From a virus: a stretch of 64,000 nt of DNA. The stretch's first letter is position 1. Every line of letters begins with the position of its first letter. The notes below the pieces were generated by a model. It was not told where the DNA came from. It was given only the letters and a program-made list of their open reading frames with translations, and did not search any database. The position numbers and the translations under genes were made by a program. Below, in pieces: positions 29,117 to 40,632 of the stretch. Location: positions 1-64,000 of IMG/VR virus record IMGVR_UViG_3300028384_001046. One strand, given 5' to 3'.

Positions 29117-30712
29117 ATGCCTGCTATTATATCGGAACAGTTTAGAATTCTAAACGCCGAAACCTTTGTAAAGAGTTTCGTTGGCGTTGGGTCTACAGTT
29201 AACAAATATTATGCCTTCATTGGACTGCCCAATGCTTTTGAAACAGAAGCTGGTGGAACAACAGACTGGGCTACCAATACTCCCGCTCCTTTAGATGGAT
29301 TTATTGAAGAAAATCAAATTAAGGAATCCATTATTGCAATGAAAAAAATTACGGACAAGGATGTTCGTAGATTGGTTCGTAAAGTCGAATGGGTTGCTGG
29401 TACAACGTATGAGATGTATAGGCATGATTATACTATCTACAATACCACTCCAATTACTAAACAAGGTAATTTGTATGAAGCAAATTACTATGTTGTTAAT
29501 GAAGATTTAAAAGTCTATATTTGTCTTCAGAACGGATCTGATCCAGAAAACCCAAGCGGTAGACCATCATATGATCAACCGACGTTTATTGACTTAGAAT
29601 CAAGAGCTGCTGGTACTTCTGGTGACGGATACATCTGGAAATATCTTTATACTATCAAACCATCGGAAATTGTAAAGTTCGACTCTATTGAGTATATTCC
29701 AGTTCCAGAAAATTGGGGATTTGATGGGGAATCGATAGCAACTAAAAACAACGCTATTGATGGAAAAATTGAAGTTGTAGTTATTGACTCTAGGGGATCT
29801 AGTTATCAACCTATCTCCACATCATTCTCCAATGTTCCTATTTTGGGAGATGGTATTGGTGGAAAAGCAACCGTAACTATTGATTCTTTTGGCAAGGTAT
29901 CCGAAATCTTTGTTACCGATGGTGGATCTGGATATACACATGGATCTGTTCAATTTTTCCCAGGAGCTCCTGGAAGTGGATCTGGTGGACCTTTAGAAAA
30001 CCTTACTAATACTGGCATCGGCACTACTTCTATTAGCAACTTTAGTGTAATTATTCCACCAAAAGGTGGACATGGATATGATGTTTACAGAGAGTTGGGT
30101 GCATATAGAGCACTCTTATATTCCAGATTTGAAACTATTGAAACTAATCCAGATATTATTGAGGGAAATGATTTTGCTAGAGTTGGAGTTATTAAAAATC
30201 CAACCATTTTCGGTAGTGATGTTGAACTTTTGGAGACTTCTCAAGTCAGTGGGTTAAAAGCAATCAAGATGGGTGGAATTACAACCGCAACAACGTATGC
30301 AGTTGATTCTAAAATTACTCAAACTGTAGGACTTGGATCTACTGCTATTGGATATGTTGCTTCTTGGGATAAAATTACTGGTGTTTTAAAATATTATCAA
30401 CCAATGGGTCTTGCTTCTAGCGAGACGGGATATAAGATTACTAAATTTACATCTAGTCCCGATGCTGGATATGGATTAACTATTTCTGGAGAAACAGTTA
30501 CAGGACCTCTATTATCCATCAATACTGATTTTAGTGGTGTAAGTACCTCAATAAATAATAGGACGTACCAACTTGGTCTCAACTTCGTTGCTGGTATTGC
30601 GTCTGCTGAATATAATACGAAGTCTGGCGAAATTATCTATATCGATAACAGAGCCCCTATTCCAAGATCTGCAAGTCAGAAAGAAGACATCAAGATTGTT
30701 CTGGAGTTCTAA
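29117..30712 (+). CDS. gp8: Baseplate wedge subunit gp8
   Basis: MPAIISEQFRILNA, VYICLQN, DGYIWKYLYTI, SGEIIYIDNRAPI.R...QKEDIKIVLEF. Confidence 0.9.
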   Translation: MPAIISEQFRILNAETFVKSFVGVGSTVNKYYAFIGLPNAFETEAGGTTDWATNTPAPLDGFIEENQIKESIIAMKKITDKDVRRLVRKVEWVAGTTYEMYRHDYTIYNTTPITKQGNLYEANYYVVNEDLKVYICLQNGSDPENPSGRPSYDQPTFIDLESRAAGTSGDGYIWKYLYTIKPSEIVKFDSIEYIPVPENWGFDGESIATKNNAIDGKIEVVVIDSRGSSYQPISTSFSNVPILGDGIGGKATVTIDSFGKVSEIFVTDGGSGYTHGSVQFFPGAPGSGSGGPLENLTNTGIGTTSISNFSVIIPPKGGHGYDVYRELGAYRALLYSRFETIETNPDIIEGNDFARVGVIKNPTIFGSDVELLETSQVSGLKAIKMGGITTATTYAVDSKITQTVGLGSTAIGYVASWDKITGVLKYYQPMGLASSETGYKITKFTSSPDAGYGLTISGETVTGPLLSINTDFSGVSTSINNRTYQLGLNFVAGIASAEYNTKSGEIIYIDNRAPIPRSASQKEDIKIVLEF

Positions 30713-30718
30713 AGAAAA

Positions 30719-33700
30719 ATGCCACAGAATACTAATTTAAATTCATCTCCATATTTTGATGATTTTAATTCATCTAATAATTATCAGAGAGTTCTATTCA
30801 AGCCTGGACTTCCAATTCAATCTAGAGAATTAACAACTTTACAGTCTATTCTACAGAATCAGATTGAAAATTTTGGCACACATTTCTTTAAAGAGGGGTC
30901 GGTAGTTATCCCAGGACAGATTGCATATGATAGTGAATATACTTCTGTTCAAATTGATGAAACTCACTTAGGACTTCCAGTATCTTTATATTTGGATTTT
31001 CTGAAAGGAAAAAGAATTAAAGGGGAAACTAGTGGAGTTAAGGCAAAAATTGAAGATTGCCTTACTAATGCTCAATCTGACAGAGGAAATTATACTCTTT
31101 ATATTAAATATGAAGGTGCTAGTGAGGAGGACTTTTCTGGGACCACTTTTATTGATGGAGAAAACTTGATTGCAGAGGAAGACATTAAATATTCTCTGTC
31201 AAGTATTAGATCTGGATCTAGTTTTGCAACCGCAATTATTTCAAATTCAACATTTGTAGGGTCTGCTGCAAAAATTGCTAATGGTGTATATTTTATTCGT
31301 GGATTTTTCGTAGATGTACCAGACTCCACAGTTATTCTTGATCAATATGATAATCAACCAAACTATAGAGTTGGACTAAGTATTTCCGAAGAACTTGTAA
31401 CAGCTTCGGATGAATATGATGATCTATATGATAATGCTAGAGGATTTTCAAACTTTGCAGCTCCTGGTGCAGATAGATTAAAGATTTCTACAACTTTAAT
31501 TAAAAAGTCTCTAACAGATCTAAATGATGAAAACTTTATTGAGTTGATGCGACTTGAAGATGGAGTCATTAGAAAATTTAGTAATGAAACTACTTCCAAC
31601 CTGATTACTAATGAATTAGCTAGAAGAACCTTTGATGAGTCTGGAGATTATTACGTAACTCCATTTTCTGTTGACATTAAAGAATCTCTTAATGATAGGG
31701 TTGGCAATGATGGAGCTTATTACGCTAATCAAACTACGCAAGAGGGAAATATTCCATCTGAAGATCTGATTTCTCTTACAATCGGACCTGGAAAAGCGTA
31801 TGTTCGTGGATTTGAGGTTGAAACTCTCGATACAACTTCATTAGATATAGACAAGCCAAGAACAACATCAACGGTTGATAATGAAGCTTTGCCATTTTCT
31901 GTTGGTAGAACTATTGAACTTAACAATGTTTATGGATCTCCCGCAGTTGGTATTGGAACAGAAGGGTTAGTAAATCTTTATAAATCTAGAACAGCATCAC
32001 CAGGATCTGCTAGTGGTCTTCACATTGGAGTAGCAAGATTATATGATTTCAGATTAAGGGATGCTGCATATTCCGATGCGTCCACTACATTTAGATCATC
32101 ACTTTATGATATTCAAACATTTACATATTTAAATCTTAATACTACAACTTCAATTAATGTTCCTGCATTTGTTGAAGGCAGAAATAGTAGTGCATCTGGA
32201 TATGTATATGTTGCTTCTGCAAATAGTAATCAACTAATCCTATATCAAGTTACAGGAGAGTTTCAAGTCAATGAAGAAATTACTGTAAATGGGGAATCAA
32301 TTAATAGAAGCATTGTCAGTTTTGATGATTATGGATTTCAAGATGTTCACCAAATTAAAAATGCTAGTGGAGTTGCCTTTACTGCGGACACAAAACTGAC
32401 GAATAGAATTAGATTTGCTGAACCAGGGACTGATTATACTATCTCCGCAGAATCTGCAGGAGTATCTACAATTACATCATCTAATGCTAATTTTGGCGCG
32501 GTTTCGGGTATTTCTACTGGAGATGTTATTGCCTATAGTAAAGCGGCTACTTCTGTACCATCTTATGGTATTGTGAAACAAATTGGTACTAATTCCAGAA
32601 GTATTATTATCGAAGCACCTCCTGCGGCGGTTACCAACGTAAATGGATCATCTCTTCCAACTTCAGAAACAACACTCAGTGACGTAGCAAAAGTTACTCT
32701 AGAAGTTCTCAATAATGGAGAAAATTCTCTTTATTCTGAACTTACTGAACCAAATGTTTCTTCGGTAAATCTCAATAATTCTGAGATTTCATTTAAGAAA
32801 ACGTATTACATTTCCGTCTCTTCTGGTGCATATAGTGCTACCTTGGAATCTGATACCAACTTGACGTTGCAGTCTTTCGATGAAGAGGATTACAACTTAT
32901 CCTTTGATTCTACTGGTACAGTAGAGTCGTTAACGGACCAAAAAGTGTCTGTTTCTGGTAGGACTATCACTCTTTCACAGATAAGTGAAGATGGTTCTGC
33001 TGTTCTTACAGTTACGTGGACAAAGAAAAATCCAAAAGCAAAAAATAAAATATATCGTAGATCACAAATTATCCAAATCAATAAGTCTTCAAAGAATTCT
33101 TCTGGTATCGGTAACTCCACCACAGACGATGGACTTACATTTTCAAACATTTATGGAACCAGGGTTCAAGATAAGAAAATTTCTCTTGGAGTTTGTGATG
33201 TAGCTGCAGTAAGAGCTGTCTTTGAATCCTCCTCTGTCAATAGTCCACAACTTCCAAAAATTGTTTTGGTTGATTTGAATTCTAATCTTACAAATGCTTT
33301 GAGAGGAGAAACTATAGTCGGTGAATCTTCTGGATCTGCTGCCACTTTCGTTGAAACTAATGGAACCAATGAAGCTTCGTTTATATATGAAAATGAGAAT
33401 ATATTTACCTCTGGAGAAAAAATAATTTTTCAGGAGTCTAATATTACTGCAACCGTTCAATCTTTTATTTCTGGTGATCGTGACATTAAAAATAATTTTG
33501 AATTTGATCCTGGACAAAATAGTGATTTTATTGATTTCTCTTCGATTATTAGGTTGAATTCTGCAAATGCTCCTACTAAGAGGTTGACGGTTATTTTTGA
33601 TCGGTTTGAAATTGATACCTCTGACCCAGGAGATCTTGTTTCTGTAGATTCATATGATGCAGATCTTTATGGCAAATCCCTTCCATACATCGGACAAATC

Positions 33701-36700
33701 CCAGTTTCCGATATTATTGATTTGAGACCAAGAGTTGTATCTACGGCATCGACTGTATCTCCATTTGAGTACAAGTCAAGATCGTTTGATCCGTTAACAT
33801 CTTCAACAACTCATGTATTTTCTAGCGAAAAAAATATTAACATAAGTTATGATTATTATTTGGGAAGAATTGATAAAATTTTCTTGACCAGGGATGGAGT
33901 CTTTAGTAGGTCTAAAGGTGTTCCTGCAACATTCCCAGAACCTCCTAATAATGTTGATAATGCTTTAGAAATTGCTACCATCAACATGCCTCCATATCTC
34001 TATTCTATTAGAGATCTTGACGTGCAAGTAAGCACACACAAACGATATCAAATGCAAGATATTGCTGATATTGAAACAAGGTTAACTAATGTAGAGTATT
34101 ATACTAGCCTTTCTCTTCTTGAAAATGAAACTTCCAGTTTAACAATTAAGGATCCAACCACCAATCTTGATAAGTTCAAGTCTGGTTTTTTTGTGGACAA
34201 TTTCAAGTCTAAAAATGGCGGAGGAGATACAGACAATACTCAATTCAGATGCAGTATTGATACCACAGAGGGAGAAGCAAGACCAGAACACTATACTACT
34301 TCTATTGATTTATTATTGGGTTCAGAATCTGTTATTGGTGCTGCAACTTCTTCGTTTCCAGATGCAGACTACAGATTTGTAAATGATCTTGGAGATTCAA
34401 ATGTAGTTAAAAGAGGAGATATTGTTACTCTCAACTATAAAGATGTTGAATATTTAAAGAATTCATTTGCTACTAGAAGTGAAAATGTAAATCCATTTCA
34501 CGTTGTAAACTGGATTGGTGTGTTGGAACTAAATCCAGCTACTGACACTTGGATTGATACTAGAAGATTGCCTGGAAAGGATGTTGATGTTGAGGGTAGT
34601 TATGGCGCTATACAAGGTATGGTTGGTGGAGTTGATAGTAATACTGGGTTGTCTCCCGTTCAATGGAATTCTTGGGAAACAACTTGGACTGGAAGACAAA
34701 GAATAAAAGGACCCGTTATATTCAAGAAAAAGTCAAAAGTCAAAGGAACTGTACGGAAAAGAAAAAGGAGAGGATCCTTTGTGCCTGGTAGAGGAATTCC
34801 CATTACTACAACTAAAAGATGGGTACAAAAAATTAAAAAGGTTAGGGAAGTAACTACTGTACGAACGGGCAATAAGAGTAGAGATGGCATTCAATATAGA
34901 GTTGATGAAAAAATTGACTCTAAGAGCTTAGGTAGTAGTGTTATTTCTAGTGATGTTGCTGCTGTGATGAGATCTAGAAATGTTGAGTTCATTTGTAAGA
35001 GGTTAAAACCAAATACACAACTCTATGCATTTTTTGATAATATCGATATGAATGCATATATTGTTCCAAAACTCATTGAAATTGAGATGGTCAGTGGAAC
35101 ATTTGCTACAGGAGAGATGGTACGGGGTGATGGAATTAATTCCAGAAATAAGAGCATTAGATTTAGACTTGCCCAACAGAATCATAAGTATGGTCCATAT
35201 AACAATCCGACAGAAACATACGTTTCTAATCCATATAATGTAAGTAATTCTATTTCTAATTCATATTCTTCGACTACAACTATTCTTAATGTGGATACCG
35301 CATCTTTAGAACTCCAATCTGCATCTGGATTCTATGGGTGTATTTCTAAAGGTATGAATTTAATTGGCGCATCTAGTGGAGCTATTGCAAAAGTTAAAGA
35401 TATCAGATTGATTACTGATAGAGCTGGCGTTGTTATTGGATCTTTATTCATTCCTGATCCAACTCAAAAGTCTACTCAAGTATTTCAGACTGGTAGCAAA
35501 ACGTTTACTCTTACTTCTAGTAAGACCAATGAAACTATTTCTGGATTTACTGATTCTTCAGCTGAAGCAACATTTATGTCTTCGGGAACAATTAATAATA
35601 CTCAAGAAACAACTCTAAGAATTCGTAATGCTACGGTTGAAAGAGTTCCAAGATCGGAAAGTCAAAATGTTGAAAGAAGACGTACTAGGAGAGTTACTAA
35701 AGTCAAGTTTAGAAATAGAAAGAAGACTCAAACGAGATGGGTTGATCCTCTTGCACAATCATTTGAAGTTCCTGAAGAAAATGGAGTATATCTAACTAAG
35801 TGTGATATTTACTTTAGGACTAAAGATTCTTCTGCTCTTCCAGTAACTCTTCAGGTTCGTGAACTTCAACTGGGATTGCCAACGCAAACTATTCTTCCTT
35901 TTGGTGAAGTTGTTCTCGATCCCCAAAACGTAGTCGTATCTAATGATGGTAGTAAACCCACTACTTTCACTTTCCCCTCCCCAGTATATTGTGAGGGTTC
36001 TAGTCAATTTGCTCTTGTTCTTCTTTCTGCATCCAATGAATATACTGTATTCATCTCTAGGATGGGCGAAGAAGATATTTCTACCGCAAATAAACCAGAT
36101 TCAGAAAAAATTATTGTTTCTCAACAACCACTTCTTGGATCTTTATTCAAGTCGCAAAATGGTGCTACTTGGGATCCAAGTCAATTTGAAGATTTGAAGT
36201 TTAACCTCTATCAAGCAGAATATCTAACAAAAAGTGGTACAGTTAAATTCTATAACCCAGATTTAGATATTGGCAATAAACAAATTGTCACCCTAAGTCC
36301 AAATCCACTTAATATGTTATCCAAGTCTAATATTATTGGTCTTGGCAAGAGTTTGACCTCTAATGAAGTAAATGGATTAATTTCTGGTACAACTATTGAA
36401 CAAGAAAACAATCCAAACTTCTCCGCAAAACTTGTTGGAGTTCTTGGTGCAGTTGGAGTCAATAGCACTTTAAATATAACAGATAGTGGATTAAATTTTG
36501 CAAGTGGAAATCCAACGTATTCTGATGTTCCTCTAGTCAGTTTAACTGGAAGAGGATCTGGAGCAAAAGCAACAATTGTTATTAATAGTGGATCTGTGGC
36601 ATCTGCTACAGTATCTGCTGGTGGCACTGGATATTCGATTGGTGATGTATTAGGAGTAGACCCCTCAGATACTGGAGGGTTTGGTAAAAACTTGAAACTT

Positions 36701-38251
36701 TCTATTCAAAATGAAGTTGGTATTATAAGTGCATTCAACACTCTCCTAGTTGATCAAATTCAAGGTAAACCATCTATCGATGCTTCTTCGTCGGTTATTT
36801 TTACAACAGGAGCTGGATCAACATCTATTTTATCTGGAGCTGATATTCAATATGTAAATGATGTTAGTGATGGTTTAACCTTCATGGTTAAACATAGTAA
36901 TCATGGAATGTATAACCTTCAAGATATGGTTGTTCTTTCTAATATCGAGACTGATGTGAAACCAGAAAAATTAACTGCTGCATATGATTCTTCTACAACA
37001 GATAGTATTTCTGTTACTAATGTTGGAATTTATACAAATTTTGAAAATGTTCCAGTAGATTCAAATAATCCTGGATATCTTAAAATTGGATCCGAAATTA
37101 TTAAGTATACTGGAATTACCACAACCACAAGTTCAATTAGTGGTATTACTAGAGCAATTGATGGTACTAATTCTGCGGCTTTTGCTGTTGATGATTTAGT
37201 TTTTAAGTATGAACTCAACGGTGTTTCTTTAAGAAGAATCAATTGTCAACATAGTTTGAGCAATGTTAATCAAAATCAATACCCAATTGATGTTGATAGT
37301 TACTGGTTAAAAGTTGGTATTTCTAGTAGAGGGGTTGACAGAAGTACTGGAAACCCAAATGGATTCCCAGAATTATTTTGGAATGAAACAAAATCTGCTG
37401 GATCTTATATTACTGAAGATGTAAATACTGGTTCTGGTAATGCTCCAAGAGCAACTCAGAACATTCCATTTAACTTACTCAGACCAAATCTGACCATTTT
37501 GCAACCAGATGGAACCAGCGTTTCTGCTGCTGTTAGAACATTTAGTGGAGATAGTCCAGATGGAAATCTTTCTGCATATGTGGATCAAGGATTTGAATCA
37601 ATATCTCTTGAAGGAAATAACGAATTTACAACTCCAAGAATTGTTGCATCTAAAGTCAATGAACTTACAAGACTTGAAAATTTCCCTGGAAGAAAGTCAT
37701 TCACTTTAGAAGTTACTCTCAATACCGAAGATGAGTTTGTTGCTCCGCAAATTGATTTGGATCGGGTATCTGCATCATTTACTATGAATCGTCTTAATAG
37801 TAAAGTTAAAAATTATGCTACTGATAGAAGAGTAAATTCTCTGGATAATGATCCGAATGCAGCAATTTATTTAACTCAAGTAATTAATCTTGATAAATCT
37901 GCGGATGGATTGAAGGTTATGTTTGATGCATATAGACATAACACAAATGATATTAGAGTTCTTTATAGATCGTTCCGTGTTGATGCTCCTGAGGGGGATC
38001 AATTATTCCAATTATTCCCTGGATATAATAATTTAGATCTTTCTGGTGGAGTTATTGATCCATCCAAATCTGATGGTTTGCCTGATAAATTTGTCCCCCC
38101 ATCGGATAATTATGACGATTTCCGTCCTTTTGAATTTAATGTTTCCAATATCCCGCAGTTTAGTGCTTTTCAAATTAAGGTTTGCATGTCTGGAACTAAT
38201 TACGCATATGTTCCCAGACTAAAAGACTTCCGAGTAATTGCTACTATTTGA
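30719..38251 (+). CDS. VrlC-like (DUF4815) large virion structural protein
   Basis: PYFDDF...RVLFKPG..IQSRELTTLQSILQNQI, APGADRL, LARRTFDESGDY, DPLAQSF motifs. Confidence 0.85.
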   Translation: MPQNTNLNSSPYFDDFNSSNNYQRVLFKPGLPIQSRELTTLQSILQNQIENFGTHFFKEGSVVIPGQIAYDSEYTSVQIDETHLGLPVSLYLDFLKGKRIKGETSGVKAKIEDCLTNAQSDRGNYTLYIKYEGASEEDFSGTTFIDGENLIAEEDIKYSLSSIRSGSSFATAIISNSTFVGSAAKIANGVYFIRGFFVDVPDSTVILDQYDNQPNYRVGLSISEELVTASDEYDDLYDNARGFSNFAAPGADRLKISTTLIKKSLTDLNDENFIELMRLEDGVIRKFSNETTSNLITNELARRTFDESGDYYVTPFSVDIKESLNDRVGNDGAYYANQTTQEGNIPSEDLISLTIGPGKAYVRGFEVETLDTTSLDIDKPRTTSTVDNEALPFSVGRTIELNNVYGSPAVGIGTEGLVNLYKSRTASPGSASGLHIGVARLYDFRLRDAAYSDASTTFRSSLYDIQTFTYLNLNTTTSINVPAFVEGRNSSASGYVYVASANSNQLILYQVTGEFQVNEEITVNGESINRSIVSFDDYGFQDVHQIKNASGVAFTADTKLTNRIRFAEPGTDYTISAESAGVSTITSSNANFGAVSGISTGDVIAYSKAATSVPSYGIVKQIGTNSRSIIIEAPPAAVTNVNGSSLPTSETTLSDVAKVTLEVLNNGENSLYSELTEPNVSSVNLNNSEISFKKTYYISVSSGAYSATLESDTNLTLQSFDEEDYNLSFDSTGTVESLTDQKVSVSGRTITLSQISEDGSAVLTVTWTKKNPKAKNKIYRRSQIIQINKSSKNSSGIGNSTTDDGLTFSNIYGTRVQDKKISLGVCDVAAVRAVFESSSVNSPQLPKIVLVDLNSNLTNALRGETIVGESSGSAATFVETNGTNEASFIYENENIFTSGEKIIFQESNITATVQSFISGDRDIKNNFEFDPGQNSDFIDFSSIIRLNSANAPTKRLTVIFDRFEIDTSDPGDLVSVDSYDADLYGKSLPYIGQIPVSDIIDLRPRVVSTASTVSPFEYKSRSFDPLTSSTTHVFSSEKNINISYDYYLGRIDKIFLTRDGVFSRSKGVPATFPEPPNNVDNALEIATINMPPYLYSIRDLDVQVSTHKRYQMQDIADIETRLTNVEYYTSLSLLENETSSLTIKDPTTNLDKFKSGFFVDNFKSKNGGGDTDNTQFRCSIDTTEGEARPEHYTTSIDLLLGSESVIGAATSSFPDADYRFVNDLGDSNVVKRGDIVTLNYKDVEYLKNSFATRSENVNPFHVVNWIGVLELNPATDTWIDTRRLPGKDVDVEGSYGAIQGMVGGVDSNTGLSPVQWNSWETTWTGRQRIKGPVIFKKKSKVKGTVRKRKRRGSFVPGRGIPITTTKRWVQKIKKVREVTTVRTGNKSRDGIQYRVDEKIDSKSLGSSVISSDVAAVMRSRNVEFICKRLKPNTQLYAFFDNIDMNAYIVPKLIEIEMVSGTFATGEMVRGDGINSRNKSIRFRLAQQNHKYGPYNNPTETYVSNPYNVSNSISNSYSSTTTILNVDTASLELQSASGFYGCISKGMNLIGASSGAIAKVKDIRLITDRAGVVIGSLFIPDPTQKSTQVFQTGSKTFTLTSSKTNETISGFTDSSAEATFMSSGTINNTQETTLRIRNATVERVPRSESQNVERRRTRRVTKVKFRNRKKTQTRWVDPLAQSFEVPEENGVYLTKCDIYFRTKDSSALPVTLQVRELQLGLPTQTILPFGEVVLDPQNVVVSNDGSKPTTFTFPSPVYCEGSSQFALVLLSASNEYTVFISRMGEEDISTANKPDSEKIIVSQQPLLGSLFKSQNGATWDPSQFEDLKFNLYQAEYLTKSGTVKFYNPDLDIGNKQIVTLSPNPLNMLSKSNIIGLGKSLTSNEVNGLISGTTIEQENNPNFSAKLVGVLGAVGVNSTLNITDSGLNFASGNPTYSDVPLVSLTGRGSGAKATIVINSGSVASATVSAGGTGYSIGDVLGVDPSDTGGFGKNLKLSIQNEVGIISAFNTLLVDQIQGKPSIDASSSVIFTTGAGSTSILSGADIQYVNDVSDGLTFMVKHSNHGMYNLQDMVVLSNIETDVKPEKLTAAYDSSTTDSISVTNVGIYTNFENVPVDSNNPGYLKIGSEIIKYTGITTTTSSISGITRAIDGTNSAAFAVDDLVFKYELNGVSLRRINCQHSLSNVNQNQYPIDVDSYWLKVGISSRGVDRSTGNPNGFPELFWNETKSAGSYITEDVNTGSGNAPRATQNIPFNLLRPNLTILQPDGTSVSAAVRTFSGDSPDGNLSAYVDQGFESISLEGNNEFTTPRIVASKVNELTRLENFPGRKSFTLEVTLNTEDEFVAPQIDLDRVSASFTMNRLNSKVKNYATDRRVNSLDNDPNAAIYLTQVINLDKSADGLKVMFDAYRHNTNDIRVLYRSFRVDAPEGDQLFQLFPGYNNLDLSGGVIDPSKSDGLPDKFVPPSDNYDDFRPFEFNVSNIPQFSAFQIKVCMSGTNYAYVPRLKDFRVIATI

Positions 38252-38252
38252 T

Positions 38253-38462
38253 ATGGACAAAATAAGAGTTGAAAATAGCCATTCTCTTTATAGAGATTCT
38301 GAAACGGGGGCTATATTGAATTGCAATGATAGTGAGTATGACTCATATCTTAGAAGCAAGAATATTGCAGCTAAGAAAAAGAACGAAATTGATCAATTGA
38401 AGAGTGATGTGGGAGAGCTCAAAGATATGATGAAAATCATTCTAGAAAAATTGGATAAATAA
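38253..38462 (+). CDS. Small conserved coiled-coil virion-associated protein
   Basis: LYRD..TGAILN motif; usually follows VrlC-like gene. Confidence 0.75.
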   Translation: MDKIRVENSHSLYRDSETGAILNCNDSEYDSYLRSKNIAAKKKNEIDQLKSDVGELKDMMKIILEKLDK

Positions 38463-38484
38463 TTAAAATCTCCCTTTTTGTGTA

Positions 38485-38817
38485 ATGGCAGCTAGAAATG
38501 TCAATTTAGTCATTGAACAAAACGTTGATTTTGAAGCAACCTTCACTATTAGAAATGCGAACAATTCGCCATTAAATTTGACGGGGTATTCTGCTCTTGC
38601 TAAGATTAGAAAACACCCAGATGCAACAAAATACACGGATTTTGTTATTTCTTTTCCGAATAGGATCAATGGAGTTGTAAAAGTTGCTCTTGCAGTAACT
38701 TCTACTGCTACTCTGGAGGGAGGAAGATATGTGTATGATCTGGTTCTCGTTTCTCCAAACAATTATAAGACTAGACCTATCGCAGGAAATGTTTTAGTGT
38801 TGCCTGGAGTATCATGA
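38485..38817 (+). CDS. Virion structural protein (Ig-like, GRYVYD motif)
   Basis: NLVIEQ..DF..LNLTGY..IRKH..GRYVYDLV. Confidence 0.7.
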   Translation: MAARNVNLVIEQNVDFEATFTIRNANNSPLNLTGYSALAKIRKHPDATKYTDFVISFPNRINGVVKVALAVTSTATLEGGRYVYDLVLVSPNNYKTRPIAGNVLVLPGVS

Positions 38818-39491
38818 CTGATTACTTAGTTAATCTCAATAGTTCTGGATCATATTCAGTTGGTGTTGACTATGAAATTCCATCAAAGTCAACACAAAAT
38901 ACAAATTTAATTATTGACAATATTAATGATCAGTTCAATGGTATTGGAGTTACGTTTTCGTTAAATAGTGGAGGCGATCCGTATAATCCATTAAATGACC
39001 AGCAATTGATTGTTTGTAAAAACAATCTGGTCATGGAACCTGGAGAAGATTTTACTATTGCTGGTGATCAGCTCATTTTCTCAGTTCCACCAATTGCTGG
39101 AGATGATGTGTTCATCATCGCTCTTGCAACAACAGCGGATCTAACAAGATCTGTTAATTTTGTTATTGATAGTGGATCTCAAGATATCTCCCCAGGAAGT
39201 AAAGGCAAGGTAACTGTCGATGTTTCTGGAACAATTGAGTCCATTAAAGTATTGAGTGATCAAACTGGAGATATTGTCTTAGAAGTTTCAAAATCCAATT
39301 TCCAAGACTTCCCCACGTTCACAACAATCACCAATAATCAAAGAGTTCAACTACAGTCCCAAAACAAGTACATTGATGATGTACTAAATAACTGGGATAA
39401 GACAATAGTTGCTGGTGATATTTTGGATTTCTCAGTGGTCAGTTCAACAAACATGCGAAGACTGCTGATCTCTTTAAAATTAAAATTATAA
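38814..39491 (+). CDS. Virion structural protein
   Basis: ORF in late operon; DNI..FNG..F.L module shared with gp7-like proteins. Confidence 0.7.
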   Translation: MTDYLVNLNSSGSYSVGVDYEIPSKSTQNTNLIIDNINDQFNGIGVTFSLNSGGDPYNPLNDQQLIVCKNNLVMEPGEDFTIAGDQLIFSVPPIAGDDVFIIALATTADLTRSVNFVIDSGSQDISPGSKGKVTVDVSGTIESIKVLSDQTGDIVLEVSKSNFQDFPTFTTITNNQRVQLQSQNKYIDDVLNNWDKTIVAGDILDFSVVSSTNMRRLLISLKLKL

Positions 39492-39494
39492 ATA
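39487..39494 (+). promoter_or_regulatory. T4-type late promoter
   Basis: Exact TATAAATA. Confidence 0.8.
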
Positions 39495-39536
39495 AGTATA
39501 GTTCTTAAAGTCTAACCCCTACGAGGAGTTGTATCG

Positions 39537-40544
39537 ATGGCATTACTAGTTCCTAATATTGGTGAAATTGAGTCTCTCCGTTATCTGATTGCTCAGAATA
39601 ACTTCGTTGCAGACCTAGAGGATACCTCACCAAGGAATCTCGTACTCAAACTGTTTACGAGTAACACTACACCCGCTGAAGGTGATGTACCTTCCCAAAC
39701 TGCATATTTCGAGCCTTATATTGATGGTAACGTCAATGGTTACGGAACTACTGCAAACACGGGTTATCCTAATTGCGTGGATAACAGAATTGATCAAGAT
39801 TATACCGCACAGTATGGTATTCTACTAAATGGATCTCGCTGGGTTATTAAGAACGTTGGTAGTGGTACAACCGCAACCTATCCAGAACAGACTTTCACCT
39901 TCACTGGACCTGCTGGTAATATCTATGGTTATTATGTAACCAGAGCAAACAACATGCCAGTCTCTGTTCAGGGTGTTAATCATGCGGCTGGTGTTGGTAT
40001 TGGAACAACCGTAACTAAGGGTAACAACACCGATCCCTGTATTGGAGTTGTTGGTAATAGATATTTCAATGTTGATCCACAAGTATCTATTAACGATTTA
40101 ACTCTCGGACAGTATGTTGCTGGTAACGCAGGAGTTCAGACTGGAACAAGAGTTATCGGTCTTGACCGAGCATTGCAAGTTGTTTATATCGATAAACCTC
40201 TGATTGATAACATTCAGGTTGCAACCGACCCCTCCGTTACATTCAGTTTTGGTAAGATTTCCATCACAGATCACGGTCTTAAAAAAGGAGATATCGTTTA
40301 CATTGCTGCTGGTGCAGGTAATACAACTCTTGAATCGAGTGTTTATACTGTCTTTGACGTACCAAACAACGATGAGTTTGTAACTACACCTTCTCTAACC
40401 GCAACATCTAATGGTGTTCTTGGACTGAATACTGCGACTCTCTACTCCAGCATTATGTACGCTGAGAGATTCACAAATGGTCCATACAACATTCAGAACA
40501 ATGGTGACCAAATTAAGATCACCTTGAACGTCGCACTTGACTGA
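39537..40544 (+). CDS. Virion structural protein
   Basis: Own late promoter, GAGGAG RBS and terminator; ERF..GPY.I.NNGDQIKIT C-terminus. Confidence 0.75.
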   Translation: MALLVPNIGEIESLRYLIAQNNFVADLEDTSPRNLVLKLFTSNTTPAEGDVPSQTAYFEPYIDGNVNGYGTTANTGYPNCVDNRIDQDYTAQYGILLNGSRWVIKNVGSGTTATYPEQTFTFTGPAGNIYGYYVTRANNMPVSVQGVNHAAGVGIGTTVTKGNNTDPCIGVVGNRYFNVDPQVSINDLTLGQYVAGNAGVQTGTRVIGLDRALQVVYIDKPLIDNIQVATDPSVTFSFGKISITDHGLKKGDIVYIAAGAGNTTLESSVYTVFDVPNNDEFVTTPSLTATSNGVLGLNTATLYSSIMYAERFTNGPYNIQNNGDQIKITLNVALD

Positions 40545-40576
40545 TACGCATATACAATAAAATATTCGTCATGGTG

Positions 40577-40609
40577 GGGATTGCTTTATTATCAGGCAAT
40601 CCCTTTTTT
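40577..40609 (+). terminator. Intrinsic terminator
   Basis: GGGATTGC/GCAATCCC stem + T6. Confidence 0.8.
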
Positions 40610-40632
40610 CATCTAATGAATAGAACTAAACT

